Below, one piece after another: positions 26,604-39,576 of a stretch of 64,000 bases of DNA. The notes beneath the pieces were generated by a model, which made no database searches, was not told where the DNA came from, and worked only from the letters and a program-made list of their open reading frames with translations. The DNA comes from Octopus sinensis. Lineage: Eukaryota. Position 1 is the stretch's first letter. Each line of letters opens with the position of its first letter. The stretch is taken from assembly GCF_006345805.1 (NCBI RefSeq), contig NC_043006.1, forward strand, positions 11,532,001-11,596,000. The letters are read 5' to 3'. A program made the position numbers and the translations under genes.

Positions 26604-28156
26604 ATTTTAAACGCCATTCGGGCTTACAATTTCATACATAGAAAACCGGTAGTTTTTCTGGATTCTGAATTGTTTAACGATGGTTGTTAATCTTAGCAGA
26701 GAATTGTAAGCTTAAATTATGTCTTCTCTCTGCTATGGCAGGGATGTCTTCTTTTATGTTTTTATGTTTTATGCGACACCACCTTGGAGTGTTTAGTCGA
26801 ACCTCAGTACTTATCTCTTTTTTTTTTCAAACTCCAATAACCTGTTCTTTCGGCCACTTTTGCCGAATCGCTATGTTACAGCAATCTATTGTGTGTAAAA
26901 CATGGTTTTAATTGCAGCCGAGACTAGAACCAAAAATTCGATTCTTTAGAAGTGCTATCTTTTGTGAGTTTTTTATCTTCATCAGCTATATCGATTTTAT
27001 TACTCTAACATTGTTTGAAAAACTAGTTTTGGCGAAACTTCGAAGTCACTTTCACTTTTCCCAAAAAGAAAACCCATAAATTTAACGCACTGAATTTCTT
27101 TTTAATTCAATCTATTTTCGCTGTCGATATATAAAGTAAAAAACATTATGTTAGTAATATACATCCATGCATATATATGTATAAAAACATATACATTTAC
27201 ATATGCGCGTGTGTATGTATATATATATATATATATATTATATATAGATATATAATATATAGGTGCGTGTGTGTGTATAAATGCGTATATATACATACAT
27301 ATGTATATATGTATATATACGTATGTACACATACATATGCAATGTATATGTATGTAAATATGTATCTATGTATCTATCTATATATGTCTCTCTGCCTCTC
27401 TTTTTCCTTCTTTCACTCCTTCCATCTATCTCTATACACACACAAACCCACAAACACACACATACACACACACACATATAGTCGTGAAAGGGTTACAAGG
27501 AACACGAAATAATATTGTAAAAAGGTTCATACATCTTCATACTTTTTCTCAAAGGTGTTCGTAACGTAAGAAGAACACGGAATCGAAGCCAGAAGAAGGA
27601 AGTTTAATTCGTTCATTTTTATCATAAACAATAATGAACAGTTTACTATCAAAATAGGATCGATTTTAGCGAAGGAAGAAGAAAATAATGCAGGCAAGAA
27701 GCACCACTGCTAAAGAATCAAATCTTTAGTGTTGATCTCAGTGGGAATTAAACTCCGTTTCACACATATTTTTGAGATTATACAAACGAAAATCCATAAT
27801 TCATTTTCCGCGTGACAATTATATAATGAAAATATTAAAGATTTCTTCAAAAAGATATTTATTTTTGTTCAACGAGTTTATTATTATTATTTCTAATAAA
27901 ACAAAAACAAATATGTCGCATCGGTTGCTTTGTGATACAAGTGACGACAAAATCAAAGAGAGTTTTGTAGATGTCAGTAAGTATGTTTGGCCAAGAGGTG
28001 TGATAGGAATCCTGACAATTTGAACTAAGAACCCCAGCAATCAAAAGAAGCTCTGAAGCGTCGGTTACCCTCCTACTCTTCCACCACATTCCTGCACACC
28101 ATGTTAATGATATCATTACCATGGTTTTCAATACGGACATATAAATATGTATATAT

Positions 28157-28231
<75 letters not shown>

Positions 28232-28268
28232 GTATATATATGTATATATACATATGTGTACGCAATAT

Positions 28269-28329
<61 letters not shown>

Positions 28330-28330
<1 letters not shown>

Positions 28331-28745
28331 TTTTCGCATCCAGCAGTCGTTGTAGCAACACGTATTTGTTTGTTTCCTGTGGCCTAAAGGTACTCTTCCA
28401 CTAGCCAGCCCCAAACTCAACTCGTCCTGTCGAAAGACCCTTGTCCTGACGTCCTGTTTTTGTTTTTACGTATTTTTGTATTTTTATTCGTGTACATCGT
28501 CCGTTTTCCGTCCTTGTGTTGTATACATTCGAGGCTTTCTTCCAAGGGATCTAATGCGCTTGGCTTAGATTTCCCTTGAGGGTTGCCCAGATCGGAGCAA
28601 TCTCAAGATTAATCAGCCGAAATTGCGAAGATGATCCGGTTCTTGACTGATGATTGAGGGTTTCGAATGTCTCGTCCTGGGTTTCTTGTGTCGTCTTCTA
28701 GGTGTTTCACGTTCTTGTCCCAGTTTGTATATTTTTTTATACTTT
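28330..28745. mobile_element. Unclassified dispersed repeat X; second copy at about 44405-44750
   Basis: Shared blocks such as GTATACATTCGA and GATTAATCAGCCGAAATTGC; flanked by (TA)n. Confidence 0.7.
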
Positions 28746-28759
28746 TTACATATATATAT

Positions 28760-28794
<35 letters not shown>

Positions 28795-28897
28795 CAGTAA
28801 TAACAAAGGGTAAAATTAATTAATTAAGAAGTAATCAATAATTTCACCAAGTAGAATTCGGCATGAAAAAGGACCATTTCACGGTAAACTTAAGTAA

Positions 28898-29599
28898 TAC
28901 TTTATAATTAGGGTTCAGCAAAGATTTGCTTTACCACATACCGAAGTTTAGAGATAGCACCCAAAAAACCTTAGCTATTTCTTCTACTTTAAAAAGGGAC
29001 TCCCAGAAAAACCAAAATACTTGAAGACAATCCACGCAGGTAGAGAGGCAAAATAACAAAAATCAATCTATATCTGGTCACCCATGTACGCGTTTCGGAA
29101 TTAGATCGATATAAAGAATATAGAATTGTACTTTCTTCATCAGCATGGGACTCCAACAATATTAGATATTAAAAATATTAAATTCGAAAGCACTGGAAAA
29201 ATTGAACATATCTCTCCACCTAACGATATTACACAAACCATATTCAGTGTTAGTACCACCGAATTCAAAATACGAATGAGGTTCATCACCTTCCCCTGAT
29301 AATAAGCTACAGATTTTTCTGTAGTATTTTACTTGACTACACACGCGGATGGGCAGGGGAAAGTATAATTCTATATTCTTTATATCGATCTAATTCCGAA
29401 ACGCGCGTACATGGGTGACCAGATATAGATTGATTTTCGTTATTTTTCCTCTCTGCCTGCGTGGATTGTTTTCAAGTATTTTGGTTTTTCTGGGAGTCCC
29501 TTTTTAAAGTAGAAGAAATAGCTAAGGTTTTTTTGGCTGCTATTTCTAAACTTAGGTATGTGGTAAAGCAAATCTTTGCTGAACCCTAATTATAAAGTA
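28898..29599. repeat. About 240-bp inverted repeat (28898-29135 / 29359-29599), PLE pseudo-LTR-like
   Basis: Arms are reverse complements by direct comparison. Confidence 0.9.
29081..29149 (-). ncRNA. Type-I hammerhead ribozyme motif
   Basis: CCCATG-CTGATGA-AGAA...TTCC-GAAAC-GC-GTA-CATGGG; perfect 6-bp stem I, palindrome ACGCGT. Confidence 0.8.
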
Positions 29600-29633
29600 T
29601 ATAAATACATACATACATACATACATACATACA

Positions 29634-29669
<36 letters not shown>

Positions 29670-29697
29670 CATACATACATATATATACATACATACT

Positions 29698-29744
<47 letters not shown>

Positions 29745-29914
29745 GTCTTCGTAATAACATAATTCTCTATCTTCATTAACAGAAGCAAGACAGAAGGAAG
29801 TGCTGTGTGACATCTCGTCACTATTACAAATAATATATAAAGGAACAGCAACACTGGCGAAGTTTAGAAGAACATAATTAAAATACGTATCCAAACCTTA
29901 TATAAATACATATA

Positions 29915-30313
29915 TCTTTATATATAAAAGTAAGGTTGTGTGTCTGTCTCCTACGATTTAGATTCCTAACTACTCCCACATTTTGCGGTGCAGTTTAACC
30001 AAAACCGGGTATCTTATAGTCGTGATTCATATCGAGCCATTCTGGGTATTAGCGCGCGTCTACGATGAGTCTACGATTTAAAAAAAAATTACCATCATTT
30101 TTATCCATTTTAATGCATTTTTTTGCTATTATATAAGGGAAGTAACTCTCTAAAAATGTCTACGATGAGTCACGATTTAAAAAAAAATTAATTACCATAT
30201 TTTTTTTCCATTTTAATGCTTTTTTGCTATTTTTTTGGCTATAACTCTCTAAAAATGCTTATATAGTTATTTCGTTCCCTTACAACCCGAGCAACGCCGG
30301 GCGATACCTCTAG
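29915..30313 (+). mobile_element. Non-autonomous Helitron, type 2
   Basis: A|TC ... hairpin CTAG|T; the empty site is preserved in the inverted copy near 31420-31475. Confidence 0.92.
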
Positions 30314-30658
30314 TTCTCTATAAAATGGAAATAAAATTCAAAATACACAATAATATATATAAGTAGACAATATCAATGCAATGCATAAAATACGATTGGA
30401 TTAAAAAAAATGATTGTGAATTAAGGAAATATCAATTTGTAAGTACATCTTGAGTTACATCTTGTATGAAAGTAAATTATTAACTAAAATACATTGAAAA
30501 AGATTAAGTATTAAAAACACATTAAAAAGTTAATACATACCTTTTAGCATGATTTTCTGGTTCTATCCATTAATATGGAAATTAGGTACTATTATATAAA
30601 TATAAGTTTTTTAGGATAATATTTTACATTGCCGCTGACGATGGACCGACCCGGTATA

Positions 30659-31097
30659 CTCTTACTCTTTTTACTCTTTTATTTGTTTCAGTCATTTTGA
30701 CTGCGGCCATGCTGGAGCACCGCCTTTAGTCGAGCAAATCGACCCCGGGACTTATTCTTTGTGAGCCTAGTACTTATTCTATCGGTCTCTTTTGCCGAAC
30801 CGCTAAGTGACGGGGACGTAAACACACTAGCATCGGTTGTCAAGCAATGCTAGGGGGACAAACACACACACACAAACACACACAAACACACACACACGCA
30901 CACATATATATATATATATATATATACATATATACGACAGGCTTCTTTCAGTTTCCGTCTACCAAATCCACTCACATGGCATTGGTCGGCCCGGGGCTAT
31001 AGCAGAAGACACTTGCCCAAGATGCCACGCAGCGGGACTGAACCCGGAACCATGTGGTTGGTTAGCAAGCTACTTACCACACAGCCACTCCTGCGCC
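30659..31097 (-). mobile_element. SINE-B
   Basis: Family head and tail. Confidence 0.9.
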
Positions 31098-31126
31098 TAT
31101 GTAGATGTATTTATGAACTTAGTGTA

Positions 31127-31209
31127 ACATCCTGATGAGGGGAGTGCCTTGATTAGTAATATGAAATATGTCATATTCCTAGGCACATCTCCGAAACGGC
31201 CGTAGATGT
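31127..31209 (+). ncRNA. Type-I hammerhead ribozyme motif with extended stem II
   Basis: ACATC-CTGATGA-GGGGAGTGCCT...AGGCAC(A)TCTCC-GAAAC-GGCC-GTA-GATGT; palindrome ACGGCCGT. Confidence 0.85.
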
Positions 31210-31800
31210 GATGTTTATATTTTTTCTTTCGTTGGTTTTATGTTTTTAATACTTAATTCTTTTAAGTTAATTTTTTAATTTCATCATACAATGTACGATT
31301 TTAAATGTAATTACAAATGATATTTTGTTAAATTCAATCGTTTTTATTTAAAATTCGATCGTATTTTATGCATTGCATTGATATTGTCTACTTATATATA
31401 CTTGTGTATTTTGGAATTTTATTTCCATTTTATAGAGAATATATGTATTTATATAAGTTTTGGATGCGTATTTCAATAATATTCTTTTAGACTTCGCCTG
31501 CGTTGCCTACATAATAATAATATTATGTATATATATATATATATATAATACAATATAAATAGTATATAAATATATGCATATATACATACATATATGTACA
31601 TACCTACATATATATGTATATATACAAGCATATATGGGTACAGGACATCAAAAAAACGTTGAATACAATGAGAAACGGGAACATAAAAACAAAAACTTAG
31701 AAAATGAATTTTTTTTTCAAACAACGAAAAAACAAACAGAGAAACGACATGCAACATAAAGAATATTCCCCATCATCAGTTGTCCCCTGTTTCATCTACT

Positions 31801-31861
<61 letters not shown>

Positions 31862-32699
31862 GTATGTATATGTGTGTGTGTGTGTGTGTGTTGGTGGGTG
31901 TATAGTATGCATGCATATCTATCTATCTACCTATCTATCTATCCATCTATCTATCTATCATCTATCTATCTATCTGTTTCTCTCTCTCCCCCTCCCCTCC
32001 TCCCCTCTCCCCCTCTGTATGTATATATACACACATACACACACACACACATATTGGTATGTACACTCTTATTTAAGCTGTTCATCTACACTCGGATATG
32101 GGAAAACGTTTTGCTGCGGAAATAGCCTCGGTAGAAAATTCTTCTCGTGGACAATTGAACAATATGTGTTAGAATACAACATTTGGTTAAGAATGACGAC
32201 TTTGGATCAAGGACGTATGCTTAATCCGTCATTCATATCCCACTAAGGACGGTCATTTTCATATTTAAACAGTAAATAGTATATTTGCATAAGTACAAAA
32301 AAATAAGGTAAACTGGAATTAATTAATTAATTAATTAAATAAGTCGCACGAAGAAGCGTTGAAATATAGATGTGCGCAATCTTATTTATGAGGTCAGTGT
32401 GCACAATCGGACGTGGGGAAAACCATTCGCTGGTATACAATGTATAATTAGGTATGCAAACATTTTAGTACTGAGAATAGTTACTCCTGTTACTATATGT
32501 TGTGTTGTTGTTTAGCCCGTGGTCGGCTCTGATGGGACAGAATAATAATGGAAAGTGTTCCAACTATTATCATACTTTTTCGTATCTTTAGACATTTTTA
32601 TGCAACGTGTCCTCTACTTTACACAATAAGGGTACTCTTCAAGAAGAGTACCCTTACTGCCAAAGAAGTAGTGCCCATGTAAAAGCTCCCTCGTTACCT

Positions 32700-33090
32700 T
32701 ATTTTAAAAATCTTTTATCTTTTACGTATTTCAGTGACTGGACTGCGGCCATACTGGGGCATCGCCTTGAAGGGTTTAGTCGAATAATTCTGCCCCCTAA
32801 AAGCCGGTTTCTTATTTAATCGGTTTCTTTTGCCAAACCTCTAGGTTACGGGACGTAAACAAACCGATACCGGTTGTCAAGTGGCGATAGGAGACAAACG
32901 CGCACACAAAGACTCACACATAAGTGTGAATATGTATATACGACGGGTTTCTTTCAGTTTCCATCTACCATATCCACTCACGAGGTTTTGGTCGGCCAGG
33001 ATCCATAGAAGGTGCCACGCAGTGGGACTGAACCCTGAAACAAGTGTTAGGGGAGAGTAAGCTTTTTATCACAGAGCCACGCCTGCTGCG
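32700..33090 (-). mobile_element. SINE-B, old diverged copy
   Basis: Family blocks recognisable. Confidence 0.75.
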
Positions 33091-33204
33091 CATATCTATT
33101 AATTTACTAATTATTCATTTATTAATCTAATTTAGCTTAAGGAGGTAGCTTTTATACGAAACTTTTAACCCTGAATTTGATTGAATACTATTTCTGATGT
33201 TTTT

Positions 33205-33632
33205 CTTACTCTTTACTCTTTACTCTTTTACTTGTTTCAGTCATTTGACTGCGGCCATGCTGGAGCACTGCCTTTAGTCGAGCAACTCGACCCCGGGACT
33301 TATTCTTTGTAAGCCCAGTACTTATTCTATCGGTCTCTTTTGCTGAACCGCTAAGTGACGGGGACGTAAACACACCAGCATCATCGGTTGTCAAGCAATG
33401 CTAGAGGGACAAACACGGACACACAAACATATACACACACATACATACATATATATATACATATACATATGTACGACAGGCTTCTTTCAGTTTCCGTCTA
33501 CCAAATCCACTCACAAGGCTTTGGTCGGCCCGAGGCTATAGCAGAAGACACTTGCCCAAGATGCCACGCAGTGGGACTGAACCCGGAACCATGTGGTTGG
33601 TTAGCAAGCTACTTACCACACAGCCACTCCTG
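33205..33632 (-). mobile_element. SINE-B
   Basis: Family head and tail. Confidence 0.9.
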
Positions 33633-34271
33633 TTCATTACAAATAGTTTTTTTTTTAGCTAAATTGTCAAAACATCATCATAATAATCTGCTCAGATTGC
33701 ATAAATCTAATACTTTCATTGGTTCCCGTTCGGTTTGGGTTTGCGTTGCCAGTTGCACATTTAACCAACAATCAGGACAGTAATGGCGTTTTAAGAAAAG
33801 GAGCAGGCGATGTTAATAGAGCTTTGCAAAATGGAGAATGCTGTCTACGTTAAGAAACTCATAAGCCTGACAACTGAAAAGGAGAGAAAAAAACATCTGC
33901 CTCGACAAGACAGAATTGTATAGCAATTATATTTTACTATAACGTTAACCAAACATCTACAAAAATATATGGCAAAAATTTTATTATTTATTTCAAGCTA
34001 TTGAAAGCAGGCTAACGTTCAAATTTGGTGTATTCTATATATTTACCTCGTATCAATATTGTTTAACTTTCGATAGTAACCGGGATAAAAATGATTGACT
34101 GAAAGGATGTTAAACATTAACCCTGTCACCACCACCAATGCTTCAGAATAGTTTTCAAGACAATATATAATATATATATAATATATTTGCAGTTATTATG
34201 GACGCCACAAGTGCACCAATATACATACGTAAATACATACATATACATACACTCTCAAAAAAAAAAATATA

Positions 34272-34320
<49 letters not shown>

Positions 34321-34339
34321 ATATATATATATAATATAT

Positions 34340-34378
<39 letters not shown>

Positions 34379-34606
34379 CAAATATATAATATATATATAT
34401 TATATATAATAATTATATATATATATATATTATATATTACATACACACTGAAATGCATCATTATTTATTAAAACACATACACACACAAACACACACACAC
34501 ACATATATATATATTATATATATATGTGTGTATATATATTTGTGTGTGTATATGTATGTGTGAGTGCCTATACATACATACATACATACATACACACACC
34601 AAACAC

Positions 34607-34649
<43 letters not shown>

Positions 34650-34949
34650 ATATTTGAGTGTGTATGTATGTATTTACGTATGTATACTGTTGCACTCGTG
34701 GCGTCCATAATAACTGCAAATACGATTTTCGCTCTCAAATGTATTGAAAATCATAATCGAATATAGTTAACATTAAACTATTGAAAAAATACTTCCATTC
34801 TTCCAATTTTATATTCAAATATTAACATGTTGAAATATATTTTGCATTGGATAATCTAGGAGCTTCATGGTTTAAGCGTTCATATATCGAAAAGTTTCAT
34901 AGAAGAATGGATGTGACTACGTCTACGTCTTAGCGTTTCGTGGCTGCGA

Positions 34950-35018
<69 letters not shown>

Positions 35019-35056
35019 AGATAGATAGATAGATAGATAGATAGTGAGATAGATAA

Positions 35057-35432
35057 GTTTCTTTATTGGCCACACAGGGCTATACACAGATGGGACAAGT
35101 TACAAGGTAGAGCTTTTCTTTTGGGGGATGGAAAAAACAAAAAAAAAAGGAAAAAAAAAGAGGTGGCGTAGGTTTTCGATCAAAAGGGATCGTAAAAGGG
35201 AAAAAAGAACAAAAAAGAAAAAAAAAGAAAAAAAAGAAAAAAGGAAAAGGAACAAAAGAAAAGAGAAATGAAAAAAAGAAGAAAAAAGGGTAAAAAAAAG
35301 AGGGAAGAGGAAAAAACGATCAATAGGGATCGTGTATCACAGTGTTATGATATGGTGTTGTGTGTAAAGGGGAAAGCAAGTAAGGTTTATCCGTGGGAAG
35401 AAAAGCCTACGAAAAAGACCACGGTAACCTTG
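35057..35432 (-). mobile_element. 3' UTR/end of a non-LTR retrotransposon (L1/Tx1-like by recall), abutting (GATA)n
   Basis: Pyrimidine-rich minus strand ending GTGGCCAATAAAGAAAC; no coding sequence is present, so the clade assignment is inference. Confidence 0.6.
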
Positions 35433-35592
35433 GTCAATATTGTTATATGTTACCACATTTGTTTGCAAGTGGGTAACCCTCTGTTTTCAATTTCTGGGTT
35501 CATAGGATTATGCTCAAGGTGGCTTCGTCATTCATACGTGCCATCCTTGCTACATTCACCCATTTTTTTTAAAACATTCGCTAGGCAAAACT

Positions 35593-35627
<35 letters not shown>

Positions 35628-35632
35628 CTAGC

Positions 35633-35699
<67 letters not shown>

Positions 35700-36530
35700 G
35701 GAAGGAAAGAGAGAACTGATGTATATGCATATTATTTATACATGTGTAAAAAAAATCTCATCACGTAATCGAACCAATGAAAAAGCCTCTACCTGGTCGC
35801 TCGACACGCTAAAAATAGCAACCAAAGTATACTCCGACCTAAATCACACGCCCATTGTACGTAATGTCCTAGATTATCTCTAAAAAGATGGTTTACCGAA
35901 GGCTGGAATGCCTTTGATGAGAGGTTTGCAGTGCCAGGGTTGATTTGAGGCTAAATAGCAACAACATTATGGTAAATTTCTATATTGGCACCCGCACGAT
36001 TTTCAATAAGAACATAAGAACATCCCCCCCCCACCAAAAAAAGAAAATTCATTTTTTTGCTTGGAATCAAGTACCCTGACCTCCTAATATGCTGCAAATT
36101 CCTCATTTTGGTTCGGAAAAAACGAGATGGGGTGCCAACACCCCCCACCCCAAATCCCGGAATCATTAATTTTTTTTTTTTCGTTGAAGGAATTCCTGTG
36201 ACCTCCTAATATTGCAAAATTAGGTAACTTAAGGTGAGTCTGGTTACTGATGGTTTTGGGGTCTTGTTTGTAACTTTTGGTGAGCATTGGTGCAACTAAC
36301 GACATGGTAAAAATCCTTGCCGTTAATTTGGTGCGGATGGGTGATATCAAATAATTCAGTCACAACATATATTTAAATTAAACATAAAAAAAAAATGAAA
36401 TATTTTCATCACTTACATGGAAAAATTGAAATATTATCTTTCAGTACTTTATAAGGTAAACTGTTAAATTATTAATTGACACATTATTAATTATCTTATA
36501 ACAGCAATGCCTGGAAAAAATCATTGATTA

Positions 36531-37410
36531 CATGGAAAAATGCGAGCATGAAAAGTAATATTCTTAAGATTATAAACCTGGAAAAGTACAAGATAAGTTA
36601 TTACACCTGAATAAGTATAGGACAAACTATTACTTCTAGTAAAGCAAAGAACAAGAAACTTTTTACTTAAAATATTGCAGCCAAAATTAAAATTTGAATA
36701 TTAAAACTTACTTCATTATAGTTTATAAATAGTGTGGAAGCACTCCGTCGGTTACGACGACGAGGGCTCCGGTTGATCCGATCAACGGAAGAGCCTGCTC
36801 GTGAAATTAACGTGTAAGTGGCTGAGTACTCCACAGACACGTGTACCCTTAACGTAGTTCTCGGGGATATTCAAAGTAACACAGAGAGTACAACAGAAAC
36901 AGGAAGTAAGAGTGAGAGAAAGTTGTGGTGAAAGAGTACAGCAGGGATCACCGCCATCCCCTGCCAGAGCCTCGTGGAGCTTCAGGTGTTTTCGCTCAAT
37001 AAACACTCACAACGCCCGGTCTGGGAATCGAAACCGCGATCCTACGATCGCGAGTCCGCTGCCCTAACCACTGGGCCATTGCGCCTCCACAGTTTATAAA
37101 TAACACTATACTTATTTAAGTAGAATTTGGCTAATTTACTACCTTAGATACAGAAAAAAAGTTACTACTTAGACAAACTTACAAATTAGTTGAACAGTTT
37201 TGTACAATAAATTTAAAAGATGAGAACTGTAAAGAGTGATAAATTAGAAGAACTGGCATTCTTTGCTGCAATATTTTAAAGTAAAATGTTTCTTATTCTT
37301 TACTTTACTTGAAGTAATAGCTTATCCTATACTTTTCCTATAATTTGTCCTGTAATTTTCCAGGTTTATAATCTTAAGAATATTACTTTTCATACTCGTA
37401 TTTTTCCATG
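36531..37410. mobile_element. Long-TIR foldback/MITE (arms about 36531-36685 and 37262-37410) interrupted by SINE-C
   Basis: CATGGAAAAATGCGAGCATGAAAAGTAATATTCTTAAGATTATAAACCTGGAAAA and its reverse complement. Confidence 0.75.
36732..37090 (-). mobile_element. SINE-C with 12-bp TSD
   Basis: TSD AGTTTATAAATA. Confidence 0.9.
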
Positions 37411-37553
37411 CAATATATATATACACACACATATATATATACATACATATATATATTAATAATTAAGGGAACAAGAGCGAAAACGCCCTATCTCCTGCAT
37501 GCTTGAAATGCCGATATGCTGGAGATAGGTCGTTTTCGCCTTTGTTCCGTTAA

Positions 37554-37773
37554 CCCTTTCGTTACTGTATTTCTTTTGAGATGCTCTGTGTTTCTTTTAA
37601 TTACTTTAAATATAACAAAATATTTAGTAAAATAACTTAGTTATCATTGAGCTAGTGTTAGGAACATAAATTGTGACTAAGGTTCGGTGGAAGATTTTAA
37701 TTCAAACCTTATGAAAACAAGACATTTGTACTGAGAGCCAGAGCCGGTTTCAGCCGGGTTGGTAATGAAAGGG
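37554..37773. mobile_element. piggyBac-type MITE (220 bp)
   Basis: TTAA|CCCTTTCGTTAC ... GTAATGAAAGGG|TTAA. Confidence 0.85.
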
Positions 37774-37784
37774 TTAATTATTAA

Positions 37785-38250
37785 TATGAGAAGACTGGAG
37801 AGAAGACGGGAGAGGTATGAAGTGATATATGTCTGGAAGATCCTGGAAGGAATTGTGCCAAATTTTGGCATTGTAAGCTACACCAATGCTAGAACGGGAC
37901 GACACTGCATAGTGCCAAAGATCCCAGCAATGCCATCACGCTTCAGGACCAGCTTCTGCAACAGCATGGGTTTCAAGGGCCCACAGCTTTTTAATATTCT
38001 CCCAAAGAGTCTGAGGAACTTGCACAAAGTAGATGTAGCGGTTTTTAAATCAAAGCTGGACATCTTCCTGTCAAGAGTCCCAGATGAATCTACCTCACGG
38101 CAAGAGGTGCAAATGAGAGTAGCTGTATCAAACTCCATTCTTCACCAAGTGCCACATATTAGACGAGGTTCATCGTAATAACAGTGTAGCACAAAACGGC
38201 GGTGCATCAGCATGGCCGCAGCTCTGAGCTGAAACTAGAAAAAAAAAAAA
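37785..38250 (+). mobile_element. 5'-truncated CR1-type LINE 3' end (ORF2 C-terminus, 3' UTR, A-tail)
   Basis: LERRRERYEVIYVWKILEG..PNFG...GPQLFNILPKSLRN..FKSKLD.FL. Confidence 0.9.
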
Positions 38251-38458
38251 ATATATATATATATATATATCAGCATTATTATTAATTTAATGTATAAATT
38301 GCCTATAAATTCTTATAGCATGTTGACTACTTGATAAAATTCATAAACGTGATATTTATCCTTATATTTTAATATATATATATACGTATGTATGTATATG
38401 CACACCACATATGATAAATATTGACATTTGCATTTGTATATACATGTGTGTATATATA

Positions 38459-38853
38459 TCTTTATATATAAAAGTGAAGTTGTGTGAGTGTCTGTCTCCT
38501 CCGATTTAGATTCCTAACTACTCCCACATTTTGCGGTGCAGTTTAACCAAAACCGGGTATCGTATAGTCGTGATTCATATCGAGCCCTTCTGGGTATTAG
38601 TGCGCGTCTACGATGAGTCTACGATTTTAAAAATAATTTACCATCATTTTTTTCCATTTTCATGCATATATTTTTAAAGGGAAGTAACTCTCTAAAAATG
38701 TCTACGATGAGTCAACGATTTTAAAAGAAATTTACCATCATTTTTTTTCCATTTCTAATGCATTTTTTTGCTATTTTTTGGCTATAACTCTCTAAAAATG
38801 CATATATAGTTATTTCCCTTACAAACCCGAGCAACGCCGGGCGATACTGCTAG
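38459..38853 (+). mobile_element. Non-autonomous Helitron, type 2
   Basis: A|TC ... CTAG|T with subterminal hairpin. Confidence 0.9.
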
Positions 38854-39271
38854 TATTTTATATTTATATGTGTGTATATGTGTGTATTTATGTATGTATG
38901 TATGTATGTATGTATGTATGTATGTATGTATATATTCTCAGTCCTGTTATCAAAGTTGTCCGTTACTCAGCAACACTTCAGGCTTCACAGAAGCCAAGCA
39001 CCGCATCGTCTACAATTCTAATTCCTTCTCGTACATCCATACCAGCGTAACCTACTTCTAAACTGCCCTTTCAGTAACGTATTGTGCAGAGGTCAAATTA
39101 GCCAACATTTATCTGATCGATTCACGGATCAACTTCGTGACAACCGGCTCGGAAACCTAATCCTCTGTCTCTCACCATTTCCGCTCCGCGAACCGACATA
39201 GCACGTGGCCTTACAGTGCTTGGTCTGTCTCTGCACAATTGGATCCACGAACTCTAAATGCGGAGAACATT

Positions 39272-39499
39272 CTCTTTTTCTCTTTTCTCTTTTACTTGTT
39301 TCAGTCATTTGACTGCGGCTATGCTGGAGCACCGCCTTTTTAATCGAGCAACTCGACCCTGGGACTTATTCTTTTGTAAGCTCAGTACTTATTCTATGGG
39401 TCTCCTTTGCCGAACCGCTAAGTAACAGTGACATAAACACACCAGCATCGGTTGTCAAGCAATGCTAGGGGGACAAACACAGACACACAAACATACACA

Positions 39500-39576
<77 letters not shown>

